A stretch of DNA of 52,583 bases, filler included, from Streblomastix strix (Eukaryota), in the NCBI GenBank assembly GCA_008636045.1. It is 3 parts of 3 records of this genome, joined end to end, with 100 filler letters (N's around TTAATTAATTAA, not from the genome) between each part and the next. Parts side by side here need not be neighbours in the genome. Positions count along the whole stretch, not along the records: positions 17,568 to 35,028 come from SNRW01000704.1; positions 35,129 to 52,583 come from SNRW01000705.1; 1 more part is not named here. One strand, given 5' to 3'. Under the pieces are notes generated by a model, which worked only from the letters and a program-made list of their open reading frames with translations, had not been told where the DNA came from and did not search any database. The translations under genes were made by a program, and so were the position numbers. Of the stretch, positions 26,682 to 37,574 are shown in pieces; position 1 is the stretch's first letter, and each line of letters opens with the position of its first letter.

Positions 26682-28488
26682 ATGTAAATTGGATAAAGAT
26701 TTGCAAACTTGGAAGTTGTTTCATGCACCTCTGAAGAAAAATCTCATCCAGCTACAAATATCACACGAAAAGACGTTTGATCAAACATTTAAAAGCTTAA
26801 ATTTTATAAACTTTTACAATTATTAATGCAGAAATATTGGAAAACACTCAAATCTGTTAAAACTGCATCTGTTGAACTTATTTTATCCCCACCAAAAAGG
26901 ATTAAATCCATTAAGTTTCGCAATTTCGGTGCAACATCTATTTAAATAATGGCTTCTAAGAAAAATGAGAATTCAAACAATTATATAGTTATCCATTCTT
27001 TTTTTTATAGTCTTATTAGTATTTCTAATTTTTTTTATTTTATTTTCTGATTGTATCATTCTTAGCTCGTTCTTGATAAAACAATTCTAAATACATCGGC
27101 TGATGCAGAATAATTAATTAACGCTGATAAGCGATTTTGTTTTGAAAATGAGAGATTAGCTTCATTTATTTCACGAGTCCCAATTAAAAGAATAAAAGTG
27201 GTATTTTTATTTTATTATTATTATTTATTTAATAATTTCTATATAGACCGTAGAAAATCCAAATGTGGGATAAGAAAGCATTGGACTTTCTGAATTATAA
27301 CTTATTTAAATAGAAGAAGATGACATTGATGATATTTCCGAATAAATGCACAAAGTTCATTTTGAAATTCCTGAAGCTATAGATATATTTGCACCTAGAA
27401 TTGATCAACAGAAACTAATTTCAGGCATTGCACCAACAATGGTCTCAATGTCAAAACTGATTGACTAACTCAAAGTTGATGAACTTAAAAAGAAAAGATT
27501 GAAGGATGATGCGAGTTCAGGATCTTCGTCTGTGAATGTCTCTTCAAAAGCAAGATTTGGATAATTGGCAGCAAAAATGAAAGGTAAATAGAAAGAGAAA
27601 GATGGATCATCACAATCATAGACATCACAACCATCTCATTTATCATCACCATCTCCACCAAGATCAACTTCTCCTAATTAAGTTAAGGAACCTTATAATA
27701 ATAAGACTCTTACTCCAAATCCTAAATAATCCAACCCATTAATCATTACATCAACATATTCAGCTTCTGCAGATTCAAATGTTGGCAGAAAACCACCTCT
27801 TGCTCGATTACCACAAACAATAACAGCTTCGCCTTCTAAAACAAAATTGAATAAATCAGATACTGTTGATAAGGAAGATGAATAAGAAACACACAACCGT
27901 CCATAAATTTTAAAATCTTCTCCATTGAAAAGAAAAAGAGATTTAGAAGACCAGGAAGATTCAAAACAAAATAATAAGATTCAGAATATTAAATCAAAAG
28001 AAGCGGAAAATGACACAAAATCGGATGGAGTCAAAAGAAGGAGACTTGATGACAAAGAAGATGAAGATGATGAATAATAGAATAAAACTAATTAAGATAT
28101 ATTGGTATTATCATTTACTACTTTATTTTTCGATTAACAAATTACAATGTAATAATATTTTGTTATATAATAGGGTGGATTAACATTTGTTCTGAGTGGT
28201 TTCATTAATCCTGAGCGAGGTGATCTCGTTAATATGATTGTAAAGATGGGTGCCGCATATACCAATGATTTGTATGCCAAAATATCTTATTATTTGTTTA
28301 TTAATGCCACTTTTGTTTAATTGGTTAAACAAAGCTCTGAGAAAGTTACTCATGTTGTAGGGAGTTCTCCGCTAGGTCCGAAAGTGATACAGGGAAAGGC
28401 AGATGGATTAGTTGTAGTCAATGCAAAATGGCTTCGTGATTGCTACAAGCAGAAAAAGAGGCTTGATACGACCAGCTATAAAATATGA
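26682..28488 (+). CDS. XRCC1: XRCC1 DNA repair scaffold (N-terminal domain + BRCT1), five introns
   Basis: LEVVSCTSEEKSHPATNITRKD|KYWKT...IKSIKFRNFGATSIQI matches the XRCC1 NTD; ILGGLTFVLSGFINPERGDL...MGAAY...THVV...VVNAKWLRDCYKQKKRL matches BRCT1; ends TGA28486-28488. Confidence 0.9.
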
Positions 28489-28947
28489 ATAAATTAACGC
28501 TCTATTTATGCGTAAACTTTTAATCATATCAATTTCTTTAAATTTTTATGTAAAAATTTTTTAAACAGAATTAAATCAAAAATTTATCCAAACATGCTCT
28601 ATTAAGTGAGTTACACAAAACATTTATTTTTTCATCACGCAAAGATTTAATTTGGTAGTTAAACATATAAAATTATATAATATTTTGTATGATATAAAAA
28701 ATTCGCTTAATTATGCAAATTTTACGGTTACTAGTAAGACAATTCACTAAAAATTTAAAAAATACACAAAATGTGCTTTTTTTCAACATACTTACTTTAT
28801 TTAAATATTAAACAGAACCATTTTATAAAATTTATATATTATTAACTAAATAATTATGTTAATATTTCAGTTTATTTACTTAATAAATTATTTTCTTATT
28901 AATTTATTATTTTTTTTTATTTTAATCATTCTAGAAAACATTTTTTC

Positions 28948-30948
28948 ATGAATTAAATTAATAATATAGAAAATTCAACCTTTGATATTAATTATGCAAA
29001 TGTTATCAAGGATTAAATAGGAAATTGTACTTCTTAAAATCAATAAGATACCTTAGTTAAATTACTTGAGTTTACAGAGTATGGGGCTAAAAGAGTAAAT
29101 AGAAGTCAAAATAATTTATATATAAATATTCTTGAATAATCCGGCTTAATTAACAAGCTTAAGATATTAATAAATTCAGGTAATCTTAATAAATAGACAT
29201 TAATTCAATAAAAAACATCAAATAAAATACAATAATCAATAAAAACAAAGCACTTTGAAAATATTGAGCTGTATGTGTGTCTTGTTTTTTGCTACTCATA
29301 CAAATGCAAACGATTAGATAATAATATTTTTACCTAAATTATAGTGATTCTGAAGAAATATTTAGATGATGAAGAAGAATCATACAAATTATTTTCAAAA
29401 TCAAAATAGTGGGATAAATTTAGTAGAGAAGAAAATGATTAATAAATTTCTAGAATACTTTAAGCTTTTGAATGGCTTTCTTAAGATTTAATCAATCGTA
29501 ACTTTTTAATTGAATTTAACATACATAGATCTATTGTTATATTTGCCAGATTATAAATTCCTAATTCATCTTCACTAATAAATTTAAAATCAGAGAATAA
29601 TGATTAGTTAAAATTACCTTTATCATCAATATAAGTTGTTAGCAGTGCATTCGCAGCATTGGCTGAATTATCATATCAACATCCCTGTATTTAGAATGTT
29701 CTTATTGATGAATATATGCTTGATTCATATGTCCTTAATTAGCTTACTATTTGTGCATAACAATCTAAAATAAGCTCAAACTAATAGTATAATCAGGAAA
29801 GCTAATAGATTCCTAATAATAATATGAAGAATATGCAAAATAATGCGTGGATATCATATTTAGTTCATATTTAATTATTAGCAAGTTCATGTTAACTTCT
29901 CACTTCGCTTCTCTAAAACAATGAAAATACTCTCAAATTAATTCTTCCAACTCTATAAAATTCAAATTCTATTTCTTCATCTAAACTCACTACTTAAAAA
30001 CGCTTATCTATACAAAAATCTTAATCTTAATCAAATCTAATTTTATCTTAGAATGAACATATTCATTTGATATAGAATTGTCTTTGGAATTTTTTTCCTT
30101 GCTTATTATCTCATAAAAATCAACCTTTCCTATTTCAAGATTAGTAAATGAATGTTGATGATGATATTGATTGTACTAGGAACATTGAAGATGAATGAAG
30201 ATTAACTTCCATTTTACGATATAATTTAATTATGCTAATAACTGAAATACTCAAAATGTCTGATCGTAGTATGTTTAATATCTTCTTTAATCGTGAATCA
30301 ATGACAGTTAAATCGATCATTAAAAAGATTAACAAGCCATTTGCTGAATAAACATCTAATTTCTCTTTTATTAGTTGGAATTATGACAACTTCTGGAGAA
30401 TCAGAAGATAATCAAAAATTCAGGATGGAAATTAATTTCAATAAACTTTATCATCAATCTTAGTTCCAAATTGTTTATTATGTAAATAATATTTATTAGA
30501 AATTGCAGACAGTAATTATGAATCACACCATTCAATTTGCAACTAAGGAAGTTTATTATTTTTTAAGGATGAAAAAGAGACTGCGTGTTATTATTCATTT
30601 TCATTACTTCTCTAAACTATTATAAGAAGAATATGTTGTTTGGGAGGTGAAGAAGATAATGAATTTGTAATTGTTGAAGCTTTAGGATTAATAAAAAAGA
30701 TTTTTAATTTAAGAGAGATTTCTTTGAATTCTTTAATTGCTAAAGATGTTTTAAGCTAGATCGAAGAATTTGGTCTTTTGGAAGAATATGATGGGATGAA
30801 ATCAGAAATCAGCAATTAAATTAATAGAAATGCATACTATTAAAATGAAATTTCTCCTTTGAACATCATTTTTAGTATAAAAAAGTTAGCTTGTGAACTA
30901 TTGCAATTTCATGTTTATCAAACATATGTAGTTAAGCACCAAAATTGA
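28948..30948 (+). CDS. Hypothetical ARM-like helical protein (~666 aa) with one internal in-frame TGA at 30196-30198
   Basis: One frame from ATG28948 to TGA30946-30948; ARM-like segments (SSAFAALAELSYQHPCIQNVLI; ASSCQLLTSLLQNNENTLK); six TGG Trp codons plus one internal TGA. Confidence 0.75.
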
Positions 30949-31039
30949 ATAAAAAAATTAAATATTTAATGAATTTGTTTATATTAAGCCTTTTTATTAT
31001 AAGTAATTCATTTAAACATAATTTAAGTTATAGAGTCGT

Positions 31040-31386
31040 TCAGCGCCCAAGGGCATAATATTCTTAAAGTGGGAATTTAACAATATGAGCAATGTGAAAT
31101 GCATCAACAACAGGAATAAGACATACTAATTTCTGTTCCTTTCTGTGTAAGAAAATCTTCTATTCTTTTCCTTAAAAGCGAACAGCGCCAATCTGAAGAA
31201 GAGTATTTAAGGAAGTAAAGATGGAAAGTGAAATTGGGAGTGTAGAGTGCATAATATCATCCAATAGATCTTTTTTTGCTTCATCATCGTACGGTGATAG
31301 GATATTTTATTATTGTTACTTTTATATAGCATTATTATTGGACATATTTTTTTGAGGTATATATTGTGATGATGTTTTTGGCTGAG

Positions 31387-31475
<89 letters not shown>

Positions 31476-33143
31476 GGTTCGTGAATTACTTGAACCCACT
31501 TACCTTAAATTCCTTAACTTGCTTTAATTGGAGTTTTTTATTTTTTCTCTTTTGCTACTTTATTATTTTTCCCTTTCTTTATAATTTGTTCATCATTAAC
31601 CATATTATTTTCAATTGATGCTTTAATTCTTTTCCGCTCCGATATAATTATATTATGCTTTATTATAAATGCATTATCAAATGAAAGAATAAACTATTTA
31701 ATTTGATCTGGGATTATGTGACTCAAATTCATCATCATTCGACTGATATTAAATGTGGTTGCAGTATATGCTTTCTTTTCCTGGTCTGATGCAGATGCTT
31801 CTGTTTTGCCTAATTTCTTTCTTCTGTTGTAAACATTACTGAAAAGTTGATCATTCTTTTTAGCTGTTGTGTTTCCTGCGATGAAGCATGCCAATGCAAG
31901 ATAGAGTGTTGCCCAAGGAAGATGTTGGAAAATGGATTAAACTGTTATGAATTAATATCTTGGTAAAGTAACCTTCTAAATTATTGGGGAAGAATTGAGT
32001 TTATTTGGTGATTTTTAGATCGAGAGAGAATTTGTTGAATTTGGATTTTTGATTTGAGATTATATTTCATCTGGTGATAAATCTTGTGGAGAAAGTGCAT
32101 CATAGTTTAATAAATTATAGATTGGTTAAGTTTATTAAGTTTTTTATTTTTCTTTTTACTTCTATAATTTCTTAAGCATAGATATCTGCTAATAAATAGT
32201 TGGGTATTCACGTCTAATAGAAACATATTGACGTACAAGCTGAATATCTTCCGTATCATCTGTATCTTAATCTTTGTTCATGTTTATATTTGCTTTCACA
32301 CACTCAATTACAATTTTCTACTTCAGATGTGTTGATATTAATATCATCATTAAGGAATAAATTTAAAATTAAAAGAAATTAATATTTTACATTAATTGTA
32401 AAAAAAATAATATAAAAATAAGTGGCAAATCTCTTTTTATTTCTGGGAAAATCAAAGAAATCTAACGTCCAGGAAGTTAGAGATAATAAGTTGATAACAT
32501 AATAATTGATGTTTTTCTTGTAAACTTGATCAATTTTTTTAAAAAAAAATATAAAAATAAAAATAGTTCAAATATCGAAAGAAAACCTCCATAATATTAA
32601 ATAGTTCTTTCAATGTGAAAGTCTGTTCAACATTTAAATGTACATCACCTCTATTGCTAACTGTTACTATAATAATCTTTCTCCTGGACTGTTAACGAAT
32701 CTCATATTTTCGAATTAATGGAGCTATGCGAGCAAGAGCTGAAGGCTTTAATAAATGATTTTCTGAGAAAATTGGCGTTCCTTTCAGAGAATTAGTAATA
32801 AAATTGGACAGTGAAAAGAGAAAATAATAAATGTTTAACATACTGAATATAAAATTAAGAATATCTGTTAAAATTTCAAATGAATGACGAAAATCATTGA
32901 AATTGAGTGTTTGGAAATCAGAGTTCCAAGATTCACCTCTCTTTAATATGTAGTCTTGAATAAATTGAGGTTCAATTCCCCAGCAATGAATAAAACAAGC
33001 TGTTTACTGAACAAATATATTGAATTGAAAATCCTTAAAACTAACGAAGCAAAAAAAAGGCAAACACTCTCCAACTAACTTTCTATAAAATCCAGACGCT
33101 GCTAGATATCTTTTTCCAACTAATCCATAAAATTTCTCTGCAT
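31040..33143 (-). CDS. ORC5: Divergent origin recognition complex subunit 5-like protein, multi-exon
   Basis: HLPWATLYLALACFIAGNTTAKKNDQLF...TTFNISRMMMNLSHI and SIFTSLNTLLQIGAV...KLVCLIPVVDAFHIAHIVKFPLQEYY match the ORC5 C-terminal winged-helix pattern. The N-terminal AAA+ region is degenerate. ATG33143, TGA31040-31042. Confidence 0.7.
31388..31474 (-). repeat. (TAA)29 microsatellite encoding poly-Gln inside the ORC5-like gene
   Basis: 87 nt of tta on the + strand; in frame on the minus strand as CCA-(TAA)29-TCT-CAG. Confidence 0.9.
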
Positions 33144-33580
33144 AATTAAAATATAATTATTTAATTTATATTTAAAGAAAAAATTAAATTAGGGAGTGTG
33201 TGAAAAGCGTTTTTTTTCTAGTTTTTCATTTTGTATCTTTTTTGATATTGTCAACAATATTTATAATATGCAAATAAAAATCATTATAAAAATAATGAAT
33301 TATTAAACAGTTGCGCAATGAAAGACGAAGGAAATGCAAAATTAATATAATTTAGTTTTCTCACTCTAGTTACATCATTACAACTAATTTAAAGCAATTT
33401 TATTAATCAAAATATTATTATTATTTAAATAATAATATTTTATGTATACAAATATCAAGAAACCTCGCCAAATTTATTTTATTTAAATTTATGAAATTCT
33501 TGCTTTTCATTCAATAATTTTGTGATTTTATACTAATTTTTTATCTTTATTATTTTGTTATTCGAAAGAGCGATATATAG

Positions 33581-35028
33581 ATGACTGATTTAGATGCTAT
33601 GGAACTGTTGAGAATAAAAATAGAATAAATTGAAAACGAAATATAAAAAACGAAAGTTGAAAGTCTTAGAAAATAGATTGAAAATGAATATCTAATTTAA
33701 ACGATGAAAAATAAAATAGATAAAATTGATACAGAGAAATTCTCAAACACGTTAACATCTTCATATTCTTCAGTAAATACCAGCAACAAAAGTAGATCTT
33801 ATCACCACCATAGGAAAAAATATCCAAGAAGTAATAATACACTAAGATCATCATTAAATGATACACGTTCTCTATTATTGCAGTAGTAGAGGTGGGAAGA
33901 GGAAGATTGAGATAGAGCATTAACATTAAAGATTAAATAATTCAAATAATCTGAAAGAGAATTTGAGAGAAAATAAAATGAGAAAGAAAACATAAAAAAT
34001 TTCATTTTATTTAATTAAACAATAAATTCATTGAAATCTTCTTAATCACCTCATTCAGCAACATAAACGGAATTTAACTAATAGAAAAATGCAAATTTAT
34101 ATCAATAATTAGAAGATGAATTAAAAAGAAAATATTTTGAAGATTTAGATTAGAAAATAAAGTTATATAAAATTCACAGTATTTAAGTAGAAAAGTAGCT
34201 AAATAGCGAATATAGAAAATTATAGAAGAATTCTGAATAATTTAAAATTCCGTAGATATTTTTATAAATGGAACAATAATCGTTATTAATAATTCCAAAA
34301 CCAATTAGACCTCTATTAACCGAGTAATAATAGTAATAGTATACAAATGAGCAATTAATATATTAAGAATTAAAAGAAAATGATTAAGTTAATGAAAATA
34401 TTAACAAATCAACTAAATCACCTAATTTTTAATAATGATAACAGTAATTCAATTCTCAGAATGTATTACAATAATCACAACATTTAAATATAAAACCATT
34501 TATATCCGAGTCAATAGATCAGATTTAATAATATCAAAATGATGAAATTAAGAGGAAAGAAGAAATCGTTGAATAATAATTTGAGAAAAATAATCAATTA
34601 GAAAAGAATTAAATAAATGAAGGAGAAATAAATATGAAAGAGAGTAAGAGAGAAAGAATTGATAATTAAAATTAATTAAATTAGGAATAAGAATTCGAAT
34701 AATAGAAAAAGTTGGAAAATGAAGAAATTATTAAAGAAGAAAAAATTAAGAAAAAGAAAGAATAAAAACGAATGGAAAAGGAGAAGATTAGAAAAGAAGA
34801 AGAAGAAAGAATACTTAAATTAAAAATTGAAGAAGAAAACAAAAAATCGGAAGAAAAAATTAAATAGGAATAATTAAAGATTTAAGAAGAAATTAAAAGG
34901 AAAAATGAAAGAATAAAAAAAGAAAATATAAGTCGTTCTTTATCACCATCAAAATTAATTATATCGCAAAATCAATAAAAAGAAGAAATAAATGAAAAAG
35001 AAAGATAAAGAAAATCTGATGATGAAAG
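33581..35028 (+). CDS. Low-complexity coiled-coil protein, 3'-truncated, with internal in-frame TGA at 33908-33910
   Basis: MTDLDAMELLRIKIEQIENEIQK...LLLQQQRWEEED-TGA-DRALTLKIKQFKQSEREFERKQ...; the E/K/Q-rich frame continues to the contig end. Confidence 0.75.
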
Positions 35029-35128
35029 NNNNNNNNNNNNNNNNNNNNNNNNNNNNNNNNNNNNNNNNNNNNTTAATTAATTAANNNNNNNNNNNNNNNN
35101 NNNNNNNNNNNNNNNNNNNNNNNNNNNN
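35029..35128. other. Artificial contig spacer (100 nt of N with TTAATTAATTAA at 35073-35084)
   Basis: Same design as 17468-17567. Confidence 0.97.
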
Positions 35129-35182
35129 CTCATTTATCCACATCAGATTAACGCACACCATTGATGCAAAAATAAATCAAAC

Positions 35183-35614
35183 TCATTAATTATAACGATC
35201 AATTATATCACTAATTTAAAGTAAATCCTGTACGTTAGTTATGATAGTTTTCTAAAGACTTCGAATCTAAAGGAGTTATAAATCGTTGGCAGATGCTCGG
35301 AATTCCTATCGCTGTATACTATATTTTTATTATGCATGGGATCGTTACTCTGCGGCAATGCGTTTGACTTCTTCTTGTGAGCTATATTTTTTAGGTCTAC
35401 CTCTTTATTCTATTTTCTCCTCATTTAGTTATGTCAATTGAATAGGATTAATTGATTAATCGGTTAAAGGAGCATGAAGGACTTCATCAATTGGACTGGA
35501 TTATGTTTCAACAAATTATGGAACTGGTTTCTTCGATTATCTTTTACGCATTTGTTTTGCTTCACTGATTGGTTAGATTTGTAGGATTTGTTTTGTTTCA
35601 CCGATTGGAGGCAT
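35183..35614 (-). CDS. Viral small AT-hook DNA-binding protein (143 aa)
   Basis: MPPIGETKQILQIQPISEAKQ...EQRGRPKKYSSQEEVKRIAAEQR...IIDRYNQ-TGA; RGRPKK is an AT-hook. Confidence 0.7.
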
Positions 35615-35633
35615 TTCATTTTAAGAAAAATTC

Positions 35634-36965
35634 TCAATTACTTATATTAAATTAACTTTTATAATTAGCTGGCAACGAATTGATATCATCACTAATAAAT
35701 TTGCAGTAATATATAGGCAACTTAATAACACTAATTTTATCATATGAATTCAATAACTTACACACAACATTACCGTTCCTATAACTAATGAATGTTGCTA
35801 ACTCATTGAATTAACGTCTCTATTTCTAAAATCTTATAGGCAATTTGACATAATCAGCGTGAATCATTAATATATTTCCACTCTTGGAATTTAATAAATT
35901 CTCATATAATTGTCTTATCATCACCTGTTCTAATTACGCTTATTTTTATCGTATGAACTTACCTTCTATTTCTCTATTATACTACACTTATTTTGGAGTA
36001 AATCTGTTCATAAATGCAAGGTGTGGAGTTCAATTATAAATCTCCACCATTTATTACATCTAGCTAGGCGTTGCAAAGCCTAACAAATCTTATCCAAATC
36101 CGTTTCTGATTGTTCGAATGACACTATCAACTACCCTATTATGCTATGTGAATGGTGAACCTGTAAAATATAATGAAATCTTATTATCTTTACAAAATTA
36201 TCTAATAATATTAGCTTTAAATCCAGTTTCACCATCACTTCTAATATTGTTAACATATACTTAATTAATGATCTTCTTTAATGCAACTAATATAAACGTA
36301 GCATTCTTCTCATCTACAATTAATGGAATGACCACTAAATATTTTGTATTAATGTTGATCGTAAATAAATAATTCTATCTCCTTCGAGTAACTGGATTGG
36401 CACCGAATACAAGATCAATCTCCCAAGATCCAAGTTTTGGAGAGAAGTATGGACGTTAGAGTTTGTTTAATGGCTTCACTTTATTATCGTTGATTTAAGT
36501 TTATTGTATTATCTTCACATTGTTAATTTTTTCATATTATTTGATTTTAGATTTGAATGGGAATAATGAAAGAGGTTTTTGAGGTTAATTGATTCGTTAA
36601 ATTTATTCAGTAACATATGATCTGTTAGAGTCTTAGCTTCTGATAGATCTAGCTCGTCTTAATGGAGCATTATACTTTTCTGCTTCTGTTTAATATATTT
36701 CATACCATTCAAGTAATGTCTTTCCACCTATCTATATTTCATCTGACTGATTAATTAAAACAGTTTATTCTTCCTTACTAGGAGTTATTCTCATATTTGA
36801 TATAAACTGTGCAAATTTCATTATTCCATTATTTGTGTTCGCTAATCGTGTGAGTTACTGCTACATATTATGTGATTCATATTCTATTTGTTCATCTGTT
36901 TATGCAAATCTTGCTAACAATAATTAGTAAATTTAGTCTTAATTAGCATATGGATCTCTGCTCAT
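35634..36965 (-). pseudogene. Retroviral-like (rve, c-integrase) integrase with a frameshift near 36690 and an in-frame TGA at 36030-36032
   Basis: GSWEIDLVF...YLFTININTKYLVVIPL...IRSDGETGF...HNRVVDSVIRTIR...EIYN*TPH: Maverick-type integrase core. Confidence 0.88.
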
Positions 36966-36991
36966 TTCATATTCAAAAATAATCATAGATT

Positions 36992-37141
36992 TCAATGGCA
37001 GATCTTAGATTCGCAAGCATATTTGATAGCGGCTTCCCAAATAGCTTTCCAGATAGACTTCCAATCAATATTCAATGATTCAAGCGCATCAATGGCTAAG
37101 GTTATATTTGCAGATAATGGTTCAAAGATAGGCATTTTCAT
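36992..37141 (-). CDS. Viral 49-aa Trp-rich amphipathic peptide
   Basis: MKMPIFEPLSANITLAIDALESLNIDWKSIWKAIWEAAIKYACESKICH-TGA; fills the gap between neighbouring genes. Confidence 0.55.
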   Translation of the reverse strand: MKMPIFEPLSANITLAIDALESLNIDWKSIWKAIWEAAIKYACESKICH

Positions 37142-37160
37142 TAGTATAAAAATAAATCAA

Positions 37161-37550
37161 TCACTCTAATGTTTTAATGAACTCTTCTAATTAATATATA
37201 TAATTATCTCGTATTTCTCTATATTCTTCGCAAGCATTATGAAGCATATTTTCGACGCTACTTTCTGAATTCATCCAATGAATCTCATCTTATATTCTTT
37301 CCTAAAGTGATATTCGCATCTCAAACGCTGTATCGCTATTTACCTCATCGAAACAAACTGTCTTCTTTTTATCTCTATAAAGTTATACACCTGCAATTTT
37401 TGCATCTAATTTTCTATCACATCTATCTAATCCATCAAGTACCCTTTATAAATCCTACGATAACTTACATAATGCACTTGTTTTTTGCATCGATTGAATA
37501 CGTTATTCAAGTCAAGTAACGGTTTCGTTTCGTTTCTCTTCGTTTCTCAT
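37161..37550 (-). pseudogene. Viral hypothetical protein with a frameshift (~37445) and an in-frame TGA (37512-37514)
   Basis: MRNEEKRNETVT*LEQRIQSMQK.../GQLDGLDRCDRKLDAKIAG...EIHWMNSE...LEEFIKTLE-TGA. Confidence 0.55.
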
Positions 37551-37574
37551 TTAGATAAAGTAAAAATAATATAA

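Noticed and set aside
26775..26831. In-frame TGA near the start of XRCC1 (GAC GTT TGA)
   Set aside because: It lies inside a GTTTGA...GCAG intron whose removal restores the conserved K.W motif, so it is not counted as recoding.
14938..33910. Selenocysteine as the explanation for the internal TGAs
   Set aside because: The sites are in coiled-coil, ARM-like and Dicer contexts with no redox CxxU motifs, and the short 3' regions leave little room for SECIS elements. Not formally excluded.
17468..35128. Apparent linkage of Dicer, XRCC1 and ORC5 with the provirus as a defence island
   Set aside because: The contigs are joined by artificial spacers and ordered by decreasing length (17467, 17461, 17455 nt), so adjacency across gaps is meaningless.
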